Positions 27,323 to 37,886 of a stretch of 64,000 nucleotides of DNA are shown piece after piece. This DNA is from Patescibacteria group bacterium (GTDB lineage Bacteria; Patescibacteriota; Patescibacteriia; GWA2-46-9), in the NCBI GenBank assembly GCA_041675205.1, contig JBAYUF010000003.1, positions 111,025 to 175,024 of the forward strand, in the 5' to 3' direction. How positions within the stretch are numbered: position 1 is the stretch's first letter; each line of letters starts with the position of its first letter. Made by a program: the position numbers and the translations under genes. The notes beneath the pieces were generated by a model. The model did no database searches. It saw nothing but the letters and a program-made list of their open reading frames with translations, and was not told the DNA's origin.

Positions 27323-28237
27323 ATGAACAAAAAACTAATTACCGTTGCACTTTTCTTGCTCCTGGTGCTAGCTGTTGCTTTCTCGCTCGCATATTTTTTC
27401 ACCCCCAAGACGGGTATTCTCAACAAAGAAGACGCTATAAATGCTGTCATTCGGTTGCACCCCGAATTAGAAGCATATAAAACCACCTCGCTTCCACCGA
27501 GTTCTATTGAGACGAAAGAAGCAAGAGATGGATGGTATGTTGGATTCATTCAAAGCGGAAGCGGCGTGCCGGGAATATTAAATGCAAAGTGCTATAAGGT
27601 TGATGAAAAAAATGTGGCACCAGTCGGAACGTATGCGGGGGATAGCACTAGGACTACGAAAAGTATTGTACTTCAGACGTGCGAACCGGTATTCGCCGAA
27701 CAACCAACTGAAACATTTTTGGCTTACGGTGACGTAGAACTTCAGTTGAATCAACTCGCCACATTTAAGGACATAGCAATTCGCCCACTTTCAATTGAAG
27801 AAGATAGTCGTTGTCCAAATGATGTGCAATGTATTCAAGCGGGAACAGTGCGCGTAAAAGTTGAAATTCTATCAGGTGTGAAATCAAGCACGAGCATTCT
27901 AAAGCTTGGAGAACGTTTTACGACTGAAGGCGAAATTATAACGCTGAATAGTGTCACGCCCGTTACTAATTCCAAAGTGAAGATTACTGATAAGGACTAT
28001 CGTTTTGTTTTCAGTGTTGTTCAAGAGTTAGTAAAAAATCCGGATCCGGAAGGAAAATGTTTTGTTGGCGGATGTTCGTCACAGTTGTGTACAGACCAGC
28101 CAGACGCTGCATCAACCTGTGAATATAAGAGCCAGTATGCTTGCTTTAAAGCAGCAAAGTGCGAGAGGCAATCGAATGGCCAGTGTGGTTGGACAGAGAC
28201 AGAAGAACTTTCCGCTTGTCTTGCAAAAGAGAACTAA
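27323..28237 (+). CDS. Exported Cys-rich protein
   Basis: Signal/TM helix, DSRCPNDVQCIQAG, C-terminal CFVGGCSSQLC...CGW cysteine cluster. Confidence 0.75.
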   Translation: MNKKLITVALFLLLVLAVAFSLAYFFTPKTGILNKEDAINAVIRLHPELEAYKTTSLPPSSIETKEARDGWYVGFIQSGSGVPGILNAKCYKVDEKNVAPVGTYAGDSTRTTKSIVLQTCEPVFAEQPTETFLAYGDVELQLNQLATFKDIAIRPLSIEEDSRCPNDVQCIQAGTVRVKVEILSGVKSSTSILKLGERFTTEGEIITLNSVTPVTNSKVKITDKDYRFVFSVVQELVKNPDPEGKCFVGGCSSQLCTDQPDAASTCEYKSQYACFKAAKCERQSNGQCGWTETEELSACLAKEN

Positions 28238-28262
28238 GCCGGGCAAATCTCATAGTCTTCAT

Positions 28263-28287
28263 TCAAGACTCCTTTCAGGAGTCTTGA
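28263..28287. terminator. Perfect 11 bp hairpin
   Basis: tcaagactcct-ttc-aggagtcttga; weak U tract. Confidence 0.5.
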
Positions 28288-28314
28288 TGACTTTGCTATA
28301 CTTACGGTAAGACA

Positions 28315-28611
28315 ATGCTGAAAGAATACATACAATACATAAAAGACAATCCAGAGCACTATTGGTTTAAACGCAAGCTTTACGGCTGGGGCTGGACACC
28401 TGCTACCTGGCAGGGGTGGCTAGTTCTTGCGATATGGCTTGTACTCGTCTTGATGTTTGCGTTTACTCTCGACGAAAATTCGCCCACGCGCGAAGTAATG
28501 TTCACCTTTATTTTACCAGTTACTTTGTTAACCCTTACGCTTATTCGCATTGGTTACAAAACCGGTGAAAAACCTAGCTGGCAATGGGGATTACCAATCG
28601 ATAAGAAATAA
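28315..28611 (+). CDS. Small hypothetical membrane protein
   Basis: WFKRKLYGWGWTPATWQGW and two TM helices. Confidence 0.75.
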   Translation: MLKEYIQYIKDNPEHYWFKRKLYGWGWTPATWQGWLVLAIWLVLVLMFAFTLDENSPTREVMFTFILPVTLLTLTLIRIGYKTGEKPSWQWGLPIDKK

Positions 28612-28626
28612 TTAATAACAAACTAT

Positions 28627-29082
28627 ATGAAAGAAACACTGCATTTCGAAATTAACATTCAGGCTCCTGTAGAGAAAGTATGGGACACCATGTTGACGTT
28701 AGAAACTTACAAAGAGTGGACGAGTGTTTTTGAACCAACGTCTTACTATGAAGGGTCTTGGGAAAAGGGAAGTAAAATTCTGTTTCTCGGAGCAGGAGGC
28801 AGCGGCATGGTTTCGGAAATTGCTGAAAATATTCCGCATAAGTTTATTTCCATCAAACACCTGGGTCAGATGAAAGACGGCATTGAAGACACCACCAGCG
28901 ACGAGGTAAAAAAATGGACTCCGGCATTTGAAAACTATACGTTTACTGATAACGGCACAGAAACACTGCTTGCGGTTGATATGGAAATGGAATCAACGCC
29001 AGAGTCGGTGGAATTAAAGGAACAATTTGAAGGCATGTGGCCAAATGCATTGCTGAAATTGAAAGAGATTTGTGAACGGTAA
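28627..29082 (+). CDS. SRPBCC (START/Bet v1-like) domain protein
   Basis: INIQAPVEKVW ... WPNALLKLKEICE. Confidence 0.85.
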   Translation: MKETLHFEINIQAPVEKVWDTMLTLETYKEWTSVFEPTSYYEGSWEKGSKILFLGAGGSGMVSEIAENIPHKFISIKHLGQMKDGIEDTTSDEVKKWTPAFENYTFTDNGTETLLAVDMEMESTPESVELKEQFEGMWPNALLKLKEICER

Positions 29083-29701
29083 TTTTTCGGCTGACACGAA
29101 AAAATACAATAAAGCACTTACTTCTGAGTACAGTAAGATCTGCGATGTACTGGCTCTGGAAATTTACCGTGCCCTACCCAAAGCAGAAAATAAAATCTGG
29201 CACAGGAGCCCGGTTTGGTTTATAGAAGGCAATCCAATTGTTGGGTACGACAAATTAAAAGACTGCGTGCGGCTTCTTTTTTGGAGTGGTCAGTCTTTCA
29301 AGGAAAAAGGCCTAAAGAAAGAGGGTAGTTTTAAAGCTGCTGAAATTAGGTATACTGCGGCTGAACAAATCAACATTAAAGATTTGAAACGTTGGTTGAA
29401 AAAAGCACAAACGATTCAGTGGGACTATAAAAATATTGTTAAAAGAAGGGGAGTGTTGAAGAAGGTTGTTCCCGCGAAGAAGTCTGTAATTGTTCGTGGT
29501 TTTACTATCAAGTATCACGCGAACGGGAGCACTGTTTGGTCGAAGGGAAAAATGAAACAGGGTAAGCCTGACGGCTTTTGGCAATGGTACCGCCCAGACG
29601 GAACACTTAAGCGTTCCGGCTATTTCAATGCAGGGGAGTCTGTAGGCAAGTGGACGACATACGACCAAAAAGGAAAAATCTACAAAGTGACTCAGAAATA
29701 G
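29072..29701 (+). CDS. DUF1801/YdhG-like domain fused to a MORN-variant repeat domain
   Basis: KIWHRSPVWF..NPIVGY..LLFWSGQSF; then YHANG..GFWQWYRPDG..GKWTTYD. Confidence 0.7.
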   Translation: MNGNFSADTKKYNKALTSEYSKICDVLALEIYRALPKAENKIWHRSPVWFIEGNPIVGYDKLKDCVRLLFWSGQSFKEKGLKKEGSFKAAEIRYTAAEQINIKDLKRWLKKAQTIQWDYKNIVKRRGVLKKVVPAKKSVIVRGFTIKYHANGSTVWSKGKMKQGKPDGFWQWYRPDGTLKRSGYFNAGESVGKWTTYDQKGKIYKVTQK

Positions 29702-29711
29702 ATTTAATGAA

Positions 29712-30155
29712 ATGGATATCGTTACCTCAGATCGCTACAAACTGATCGCTTCCGTCTACCTGTTGTTCGTAAAGAATGACAAGATTTTGTTGCTCCTTCG
29801 AGCTAATACTGGGTATGAAGATGGCAAATATGGCCTTGTGGCTGGTCACCTTGAATCGGGTGAATCATTAACGAACGGCGCCATACGTGAAGCAAAAGAG
29901 GAATCCGGCGTTGTTATCGAGCCGAGTGATCTTGTGCTAAGAGCCACAATGCATCGCCGACAATTTGACGAGCGATTAGATTTCTTTTTTGAAGTAAAAA
30001 AATGGAGTGGGGAACTTAGGAATGCAGAGCCGGATAAGTGCGATGATTTGAGCTGGTTTCCGTTAGACGATCTACCGGCAAATACTATTCCGTATATTCG
30101 TCAGGCCATAGACTGCTACCGCAAGGATATTGGTTATTCTGAGTTTGGTTGGTAG
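29712..30155 (+). CDS. Nudix hydrolase
   Basis: AGHLESGESLTNGAIREAKEESGV; EPDKC. Confidence 0.9.
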   Translation: MDIVTSDRYKLIASVYLLFVKNDKILLLLRANTGYEDGKYGLVAGHLESGESLTNGAIREAKEESGVVIEPSDLVLRATMHRRQFDERLDFFFEVKKWSGELRNAEPDKCDDLSWFPLDDLPANTIPYIRQAIDCYRKDIGYSEFGW

Positions 30156-30208
30156 CTCTGTTCTCTCTCCTTATTTTCCAAAGGACTTTCAAAAAATAAA
30201 TTTTAACC

Positions 30209-30727
30209 ATGACAACTTCTCATAAATTCAGTCCAATAGAAAACCGGGGTCAGCTATTAGAAGCGATAATGTATACACATTTTAAATGCTTTGAGCTCTG
30301 CAAAAATAATTTTGGGCGGTATCTTTCTGTTGCTGGCAATATCGGAATATTTTGTCACTTTGAAAACGAATACGAATTTCTTACAAAATTAAGGAAAGAG
30401 CTCACAGAGGAATCCAACAACTGGAATCAAAAGTATTATCGGCTTCTTGAACCCATTTTCATACCCACCAACGGTGACATACCGGAAACAGTGTATACAT
30501 ATCTATATATTCGGAAGCCGGATGAGCACACGGAAGTTGGTGATGTTGATTTCATTTTAGGCGTCGAAGAATTTAACGAATTAAAAAATTCTTTGCAGTC
30601 AGGCAAGGAGATGAAAGGTATTAGATTATTTAGTCGTCCGGATCTTGATCTAATAAGATTGTTTGATGCGTCCACAGACGTTCTTGCCTTTATTGGCAAG
30701 AAAAACATGGCTGAAAACATTTTATAA
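30209..30727 (+). CDS. Hypothetical protein
   Basis: 172 aa ORF; no motif recognised. Confidence 0.7.
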   Translation: MTTSHKFSPIENRGQLLEAIMYTHFKCFELCKNNFGRYLSVAGNIGIFCHFENEYEFLTKLRKELTEESNNWNQKYYRLLEPIFIPTNGDIPETVYTYLYIRKPDEHTEVGDVDFILGVEEFNELKNSLQSGKEMKGIRLFSRPDLDLIRLFDASTDVLAFIGKKNMAENIL

Positions 30728-30834
30728 AGAGTGTTACACTGTAACAGGAAAAATTTAACCTATCTTTTTGTGCTTATCAGAAACAAGTACGCACAAAGAC
30801 GAAATTATTATTCAGTCGTGATTGTCATTGTCTA

Positions 30835-31449
30835 ATGGATTCCAAAGTCACAACGTTCATATTTGACTGCTTTGATGTCTTATTGGCACCAGTTGTTACC
30901 CGCTGGTATAGAGAAAACAGTGCCAAGTTAGGCTTCGTTGATGAAAACCTACAAGACATTTTACGGCAGTTTGACCTCGCGCTTTTATCTGAAGCCGATC
31001 TGATGGAGTATTTACTGAAGTATCCAGGCGTAAACTCTACAGTTGCAAAACTTCAAAGCGAAATTGATGCCCATCTCGAAATTGATGAGGCACTTGTAGT
31101 AGTAATTAAAAAGTTAAAAAACAAAAGCTTCAAGACCGCCTTATTGTCGAACGCCAACCATTCTTTCTTTGAAAGAAAAGTATATTCAACATATCCAGAG
31201 TTCAAAGGACTATTTGATGAGATAGTCATTTCTTCTGCTGTTAAGATGGTCAAGCCAGACAAAAATATCTATTTGTATACTCTTGCCAAAATTAATTCAA
31301 AGGCGGAAGAGTGTTTATTCATCGATGACAACAAAACCAACGTTGCCGCTGCGGTTGCATTAGGCATGAATGGTTACGTCTATACAGACTACAAATCCTT
31401 TGCAGATTTCATTACTGAATCAGGTATCGAGCTTGAGGCGGGCGTATGA
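30835..31449 (+). CDS. HAD-family phosphatase
   Basis: FIFDCFDV, LLSN, KPD..IY, FIDD...N. Confidence 0.88.
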   Translation: MDSKVTTFIFDCFDVLLAPVVTRWYRENSAKLGFVDENLQDILRQFDLALLSEADLMEYLLKYPGVNSTVAKLQSEIDAHLEIDEALVVVIKKLKNKSFKTALLSNANHSFFERKVYSTYPEFKGLFDEIVISSAVKMVKPDKNIYLYTLAKINSKAEECLFIDDNKTNVAAAVALGMNGYVYTDYKSFADFITESGIELEAGV

Positions 31450-32354
31450 CAGAACAGGTGGCCGCCACAATTGAAATCGGTGGCAAATCATACGAACACG
31501 TAAAGACTCGAGAGTATACACCCGTTGCAATTTATAAATGCGACGGCGAGTTTCTACGTATTGCGCCAAAAGAAGTACTGACGCCAGAATTAACTTTACA
31601 CAAAAAGATTTTGAGCTACGGCTTTCCTGTTCCGAACATTCTCGCCGAGGGTGAATTGGATGGAATGCTTTACTACACAGAGCAGTCGTTTGGGGACAAA
31701 TTACTAGGCGACCTGTTTTGGGAAGACTGTAAACAAGGTGGTGAAATATCTAGCGAGCATTTTAATTTTTTTCTAAACGTTTCAGAGAAGTTTGCTTTAG
31801 CGCAATTAAAAACTGCAATTGATGACAAGGACGACGAAGGTTTTTACATGGGCATTCACGTTAATGATATAATCGAAGAACTTCCAAAGTTAGAGACCAC
31901 CGTTATTGCTGCGTTCGAAAAGACGAAGGAGAGAACTAGAGCTTTGCCAACGGTTCTGACTCACGGTGACTTAAATGCCCATAACATGTTTCAGGCTGGA
32001 ATAATTGATCTTGGCAGTACCCACACGGCTCCAGCTGGGTATGATTTAATCGGTAATATCTACCATACCTACAATTTCCCTAAGACTGGGGAGTATGAAA
32101 GTATGAGAAGGTATGATTTCACAGCGAATCAAATTAGTGAGTACCTTAGAGTAATTGATGCGATTTATACTGAAAGTGGTTTGCCAAGGTTAATCGACTT
32201 TAAAGATGATTTCATTTTCGCGAAGTCCGTTTGGTCTACTGTGAGAATGTACAGATATCCGAAACTGAAGAAGTGGCGCCAAGACCGTTTTAAGAAGATT
32301 TTGGTCAGCTACCTCAATGGGCAACCTCTGGCGCAAATAATTTTTGAGTCATAA
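31446..32354 (+). CDS. Aminoglycoside phosphotransferase/kinase-like protein
   Basis: GFPVP, THGDLNAHN, IIDLG. Confidence 0.8.
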   Translation: MTEQVAATIEIGGKSYEHVKTREYTPVAIYKCDGEFLRIAPKEVLTPELTLHKKILSYGFPVPNILAEGELDGMLYYTEQSFGDKLLGDLFWEDCKQGGEISSEHFNFFLNVSEKFALAQLKTAIDDKDDEGFYMGIHVNDIIEELPKLETTVIAAFEKTKERTRALPTVLTHGDLNAHNMFQAGIIDLGSTHTAPAGYDLIGNIYHTYNFPKTGEYESMRRYDFTANQISEYLRVIDAIYTESGLPRLIDFKDDFIFAKSVWSTVRMYRYPKLKKWRQDRFKKILVSYLNGQPLAQIIFES

Positions 32355-32363
32355 TCAACTACT

Positions 32364-32801
32364 ATGCCACTTGACGACAAGGAACAATATTACGTCGCAG
32401 TCAAAGTCTTTTTAAAGAAGGACGGCAGGCTGCTTATTATGAAAGACAAGTTCGGCGACTGGGACTTGCCGGGTGGCAGAATTAGAAAAGATGAATTTTC
32501 TGTACCGCTTCAAGACGTGGTTGAACGAAAAATGCTTGAAGAACTTGGGGGCGACATTCGTTATACAATTGGTAAACCAGTGGTGTTTATGCGCCACGAG
32601 CGTGTTGAGCAAGTACCAGGTAATCCAACCGTACGTATTTTTGCTATTGGATATGAGGGCACGCTTGAAAGTGGTGAAATAGTACCGTCAGAGTTGCACC
32701 CCGAGGTATTGTGGGTTGATCCGAAAAGTTTTAGGCCAGAGGATTACTTTACCGGCGGCTGGCTTACTGGTGTCAAAGAGTATTTAAATCAAAGTATATA
32801 G
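32364..32801 (+). CDS. Nudix hydrolase (divergent box)
   Basis: WDLPGGRIRKDE...ERKMLEELG. Confidence 0.8.
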   Translation: MPLDDKEQYYVAVKVFLKKDGRLLIMKDKFGDWDLPGGRIRKDEFSVPLQDVVERKMLEELGGDIRYTIGKPVVFMRHERVEQVPGNPTVRIFAIGYEGTLESGEIVPSELHPEVLWVDPKSFRPEDYFTGGWLTGVKEYLNQSI

Positions 32802-35219
32802 ATGACCTGGATTAAACCATTTTCAGAGATTTCCAAAGATGACGCCGCTATAGCGGGTGGCAAGGGCGCTTCTTTGGGAGAAATGACCCAGGCCGGTATA
32901 CCCGTGCCAGAAGGTTTTGTGTTGCTTGCAACGGCATTCGAGTCTTTTTTTGAAAAAACTAGTCTTGCTACTGAGGTAGCTGCTATCCTCAAAACCGTTC
33001 GGGCTCAAGATATGAAAACAATTGAGCATGCTTCCGAGCAAGCGCAGTCACTTATTCTTCAAAAAGAAATACCAGAAGATATTGTCAAAGAAATTGAGAA
33101 AGAATTTTCTAAACTCGGTGCAGAGTTTGTGGCCGTTCGTTCGAGTGCCACTGCGGAGGACAGCGCCGAGGCAGCATGGGCTGGCCAGCTCGATACATTC
33201 TTGAATACAACAAAAGATACGCTGCTAGAGAATGTGCGCCGATGCTGGGCGTCACTTTTTACACCAAGAGCAATTTTCTATCGTATTGAAAAGGGTTTAC
33301 TTACGGCAAAGATTTCTGTGGCAGTTGTTATTCAAAAAATGGTACAGAGCGAAGTGTCTGGCGTAGCGTTTTCTGTTCATCCAGTCACTGAAGACAGGAA
33401 TCAAATGATTATTGAAGCCGGGTTCGGGCTAGGAGAGGCTATTGTTTCAGGACAAATTACACCAGATTCATACGTGATTACGAAAATACCGTTTGCCATT
33501 TCTGACAAGAATATTTATTTTCAGAAACAACTTCTGCGCAAAGCAAAAGGTGTAGGCAATGAGTGGCATGAGCTCAACGAAAAGGCGGGAAGCAAACCCG
33601 CGCTGTCTGACAAGCAGGCGCTGAGGCTGGCGAAAATAGTTGTCGGCATTGAGGAACACTACGGCGTACCATGTGATATAGAGTGGGCTTTTGAGGCCGA
33701 TCAATTCTTCATTACTCAGAGCAGGCCAATAACAACGCTACATAATGATACTGGTGAAAAGAAACATGCTTATGAGTTTTCTTGGGGCGAGAGGCATTCA
33801 ATTATTTCAGCGGAATCTTGGTTGAGAGGATATATTTCTTTGCGTGATGTCATTGGAAACGAGAACATGAATGTTTTTCTGTACGTTAATAAAGGTCAGG
33901 TAAATACATATAATTCAAAAGAAGATTTGCCAGTAGCCATAGAATCTGGAAGAGAGGTGCTTAATCACAAATTCTTAAAAAAGCACCTAAAGAATACATT
34001 TACAATTCGGGAAAAGTTTAAAGGGTTAGCTGAAAAAGTTAATAAAGTAAAAATGCCGAAGGCCTCGGATGAGGAGTTGCTCTCATATTTTGTGGCCTAT
34101 CAAGATTTATTTGATAAAACTTGGTCCTGGTTTAAAGTTTCTCAGCCTGAGTATCTTGAATTAGCAAAGGAAAAACTGGAAGAATTAATCAATGAAAGAA
34201 AAATTCTAAATCCAAATGAAGTATTTATAATCTTAACGAAGCCCACTGAGATTGATTTAATAAAAGAAGAAGAGTTGGCTGCTCTCAAGTGCTCGCTTGG
34301 AAAGGTTAGTGGCGAAAAATTGTTGCGACATGCAGCGCAATATCCTTGGTTATGTTTCAACACTTATGACCAAAGTACAATTCTGAAATTTTTAGAAAAA
34401 AAATTTGCCGATTTGGCACAAATTCCGGTTGCGGAAAGAAGAAAGAAAATTGAATCCATAGAACTTGAAATCCAAGAGCATCGAAGTAATCGTGACGCTC
34501 TTTTAAGGGAACTTGGAAGCGATAGCGATGTGAAGTATTTATCATCTGTTTTTGGCACCCTTGCTGTTGATCGTTTAAGAATGAAAGCGTGGTGGGGTGG
34601 CGCTGAATATTTGTTTCTGCCACTTTTTCAAGAAATTGCTAAGCGGGCAGGCGTTTCAGTTGAGGATTTATTTATGGGCTACAAAATTGAAGATATTATT
34701 GAGCTACTTCAAAATCGGAATTATCTTGACAATCGGACTATTGCTGAACGAAAAGAAATATATGCCATTGCCATCGAAGAGGGGAAAATGAGGTTTTATG
34801 AAAAAGACGAGGCTCAAGATATTTTTTATTCAATCATAGGCTCACAAAAGACATCCATTAATTCATCTGACACAATTAGAGGTGTTATTGCTAATACTGG
34901 TAAAGCAGAAGGCAGAGTCAAAGTTATTGTAGTTGAAGATTTAAAGACTCTGATTGCAGACATGGATAGATTTGAAAAAGGGGACATCATGGTAACAACC
35001 ATGACTCAGCCTACAATGGTCTCATTGGCTCGCAAGGCAGCTGCAATCGTAACTGACGAAGGTGGAATAACGTCACATGCCGCCATTTTGGCTAGAGAGT
35101 GCAATATTCCGTGCATCGTGGGTACCAAAATGGCCACACAAATCCTGAAGGACGGTGATATTGTTGAAGTGGATGCTGAAATAGGTGTTGTAACCATAAT
35201 AGAAAGAGAGTCTGATTAA
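32802..35219 (+). CDS. PEP/pyruvate-binding (ATP-grasp) and His-swivel protein with rifampin-phosphotransferase-like architecture
   Basis: GGKGASLGEM, AVRSSATAED, DIEWA, QSRPIT; C-terminal TDEGGITSHAAILARE; no PEP-synthase C-terminal barrel. Confidence 0.85.
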   Translation: MTWIKPFSEISKDDAAIAGGKGASLGEMTQAGIPVPEGFVLLATAFESFFEKTSLATEVAAILKTVRAQDMKTIEHASEQAQSLILQKEIPEDIVKEIEKEFSKLGAEFVAVRSSATAEDSAEAAWAGQLDTFLNTTKDTLLENVRRCWASLFTPRAIFYRIEKGLLTAKISVAVVIQKMVQSEVSGVAFSVHPVTEDRNQMIIEAGFGLGEAIVSGQITPDSYVITKIPFAISDKNIYFQKQLLRKAKGVGNEWHELNEKAGSKPALSDKQALRLAKIVVGIEEHYGVPCDIEWAFEADQFFITQSRPITTLHNDTGEKKHAYEFSWGERHSIISAESWLRGYISLRDVIGNENMNVFLYVNKGQVNTYNSKEDLPVAIESGREVLNHKFLKKHLKNTFTIREKFKGLAEKVNKVKMPKASDEELLSYFVAYQDLFDKTWSWFKVSQPEYLELAKEKLEELINERKILNPNEVFIILTKPTEIDLIKEEELAALKCSLGKVSGEKLLRHAAQYPWLCFNTYDQSTILKFLEKKFADLAQIPVAERRKKIESIELEIQEHRSNRDALLRELGSDSDVKYLSSVFGTLAVDRLRMKAWWGGAEYLFLPLFQEIAKRAGVSVEDLFMGYKIEDIIELLQNRNYLDNRTIAERKEIYAIAIEEGKMRFYEKDEAQDIFYSIIGSQKTSINSSDTIRGVIANTGKAEGRVKVIVVEDLKTLIADMDRFEKGDIMVTTMTQPTMVSLARKAAAIVTDEGGITSHAAILARECNIPCIVGTKMATQILKDGDIVEVDAEIGVVTIIERESD

Positions 35220-35243
35220 ATTATTCCGTGATAAACTACTAGA

Positions 35244-35660
35244 ATGACTCAGATTCCAGAGTGTTTTTATCGCGTAAGTATAAAGGGGTTAATACTCGAC
35301 GAAACTCGAACCAAGTTTCTTGTTTGTCTTGAAGACAATGGCTTGTGGGAACTACCGGGCGGGGGATTAGATTGGGGCGAATCAATCGAGAACTGTCTGA
35401 AGCGTGAAATTAAGGAAGAGATGGGCCTCGACACTACGTTCATTAGCACGCACCCACTATACTTCACGACAAGCATTAGTTTAAGAAATACCTGGTTTGT
35501 TAATGTTATCCATGAAGTAAAGGTTAAAGATTTAAATTTCAATCCTTCCGACGAATGCCGGGAAATTCGGTTTGTTTCACCAGAAGATTTGGCGTCTATA
35601 AATGTTTACAATAGTGTGAAAGAATTAGGACTACAGTTCGATAGTTCAAGACATATATAA
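35244..35660 (+). CDS. Nudix hydrolase
   Basis: WELPGGGLDWGESIENCLKREIKEEMGL. Confidence 0.9.
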   Translation: MTQIPECFYRVSIKGLILDETRTKFLVCLEDNGLWELPGGGLDWGESIENCLKREIKEEMGLDTTFISTHPLYFTTSISLRNTWFVNVIHEVKVKDLNFNPSDECREIRFVSPEDLASINVYNSVKELGLQFDSSRHI

Positions 35661-35665
35661 CTTTT

Positions 35666-37147
35666 ATGCATGATTCTCACCCGAGCGGCAGAGACCGACT
35701 ACGGCGGATAGCACACAGGGTAATGTTGCAACGTGGTTTGCAGCCAGATTTTCCACCGGCCGCAATTAGTCAAACTGATAAAATAACCGCTCCGGCGAAG
35801 GCAACTGACGCATCGGTCAAAGATTTACGCCACTTGCTGTGGGCTTCAATTGATAACGATGATTCGCGAGACCTCGACCAACTTTCGGTTGCCGAGTCAT
35901 TGCCGGATGGCAGCACGAAGATATTTGTCGCCATTGCGGATGTTGATGCGCTGGTAAAGAAAAATACGGCCATTGATTTGCATGCTTTAAAAAATACAAC
36001 GTCTGTGTACACGGCTGGCGAAATATTTCCAATGTTGCCGGAAAAACTTTCAACGAATCTTACCTCGCTCGCTGAAAAAGAAGAGCGACTAGCCATAGTT
36101 GTTGAAATGACCGTTGCAGAAGACGGACAAGTGACCTCGTCCGACATATATCAAGCGCTTGTTTTTAACCACGCGCAGCTGGCGTATAACGCTCTAGCTC
36201 TTTGGCTGGAAGGCACGGGGCCGGCCCCAGAGAAACTAGAGGCCGTGCCGGGGCTCGCTGAGCAACTGCATCTTCAAGACAAAGCAACCCAGGCGCTTCG
36301 GCAAATACGACATCAGCATGGTGCATTGCAGCTAGAAACAGCCGAGGCGAGAGCAGTATTTGAGGATGATGTACTGATGGATCTTCGACCAGAGGAGCGG
36401 AACAGGGCGAAAGATATTATCGAAGACTTCATGGTGGCGGCGAACGGTGTTACCGCTAAGTTTCTTGAAAAAAATAACTATGCGTCGCTGCGCCGGGTGC
36501 TCAGAACACCAAAACGATGGGACAAAATTGTGCAGCTTGCGGCAGCACTTGGTCACCAACTACCAGCAACACCAAATGCAGCAGCGCTCGATGTGTTTCT
36601 TGATGTTCGTCGAAAAGCCGAGCCGAGTACGTTTCCTGATCTCTCGTTGTCCGTCGTAAAGCTCCTTGGCTCTGGTGAATATGCCCTGGAACTACCAGGC
36701 GAAGACGTGGAAGGGCACTTTGGTTTAGCGGTTCGAGATTACACGCACTCTACTGCCCCAAATCGTCGCTATCCAGACCTTATTACCCAGCGACTGTTGA
36801 AAGCGGCACTCGCCAAAGAACCATCACCGTATACAAACGACGAGCTCGTCGTTATGGCCATGCATTGCACTGAGCAAGAAGATAATGCCCAAAAAGTTGA
36901 GCGACAGGTACGGAAATCTGCCGCAGCGCTACTCCTTGCCAGGCGCATTGGGGAGCACTTTGACGCCATTGTTACCGGCGCCTCAGAAAAAGGTACGTGG
37001 GTACGAATAACTAACCCCGTAGTTGAAGGAATGCTGGTGCGAGGCATTACGGGCTTAGACGTTGCCGATCACATTCGCGTGCGACTTATTCGCACGGATG
37101 TAGAGCATGGCTTTATTGATTTCGAAAGAATAGGAACGAAAGGATGA
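35666..37147 (+). CDS. RNB-domain exoribonuclease (RNase II family)
   Basis: SIDNDDSRDLDQ, IEDFMVAAN, HFGL..YTHSTAPNRRYPDL. Confidence 0.92.
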   Translation: MHDSHPSGRDRLRRIAHRVMLQRGLQPDFPPAAISQTDKITAPAKATDASVKDLRHLLWASIDNDDSRDLDQLSVAESLPDGSTKIFVAIADVDALVKKNTAIDLHALKNTTSVYTAGEIFPMLPEKLSTNLTSLAEKEERLAIVVEMTVAEDGQVTSSDIYQALVFNHAQLAYNALALWLEGTGPAPEKLEAVPGLAEQLHLQDKATQALRQIRHQHGALQLETAEARAVFEDDVLMDLRPEERNRAKDIIEDFMVAANGVTAKFLEKNNYASLRRVLRTPKRWDKIVQLAAALGHQLPATPNAAALDVFLDVRRKAEPSTFPDLSLSVVKLLGSGEYALELPGEDVEGHFGLAVRDYTHSTAPNRRYPDLITQRLLKAALAKEPSPYTNDELVVMAMHCTEQEDNAQKVERQVRKSAAALLLARRIGEHFDAIVTGASEKGTWVRITNPVVEGMLVRGITGLDVADHIRVRLIRTDVEHGFIDFERIGTKG

Positions 37148-37878
37148 ATACAACGACCTCATTCAATTCACTCGCAGCTGTTTGGAACGAGCGAGTAGGG
37201 GACGTGGGACTTTGTATTGGAGGAGTCTCAATAAAAGAAACCTTAAAGCTTGTCGGTAACCTCAAAAACAAACGGCTATACGATATAGCCTGCGGCAATG
37301 GTCTTTTGGCTCGTAAGTTTATAAAGTCGGGTGCTAAAGAGGTCTATGCGTCTGATATTGCACCGGCGCTTATACGGATTGCTCAGGAGGAATACAATGC
37401 TGACGGCATTACCTATTTAGTAAGGGACGGTAGCAACTTTAAGGACATTCCAAAGAATTATTTTGATACGGTCGTTATTCATCAAGGAATTTTCTATATT
37501 TCAGATATACGGAAATTAATGAAAGGAGTATCGACTATTCTCAAACCCGGCGGTACTTTTGTGTTTACGTTACCGCACCCGCTGGCACTAGAGGCAAGGG
37601 TCGCCTCAGGTAAAGTAAGAAAAAATTTGAAGGAACTGCTGAAGGTGCAGGAGAATTATTTGAAGTCATATAGTGTGATTGTAAAAAAGGAGTGCCTCGG
37701 TAAAAATGTGACATACAAAACGTACAAACGTTCACTGAGTTACTATGTTAATCTGTGTGGAAATAACAACCTGCACATCAGCGCTATGTGTGAGTTTTTT
37801 TCAAAGGCGAAAGGTTTGAATGGTAAATCTTCTCGGATTCCACATTACATGGTGATCAAGGCAATTAAGGCGGCGTAG
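37144..37878 (+). CDS. Class I SAM-dependent methyltransferase
   Basis: DIACGNG, LKPGGTFVFTLPHP. Confidence 0.85.
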   Translation: MNTTTSFNSLAAVWNERVGDVGLCIGGVSIKETLKLVGNLKNKRLYDIACGNGLLARKFIKSGAKEVYASDIAPALIRIAQEEYNADGITYLVRDGSNFKDIPKNYFDTVVIHQGIFYISDIRKLMKGVSTILKPGGTFVFTLPHPLALEARVASGKVRKNLKELLKVQENYLKSYSVIVKKECLGKNVTYKTYKRSLSYYVNLCGNNNLHISAMCEFFSKAKGLNGKSSRIPHYMVIKAIKAA

Positions 37879-37886
37879 TTCTTCAA

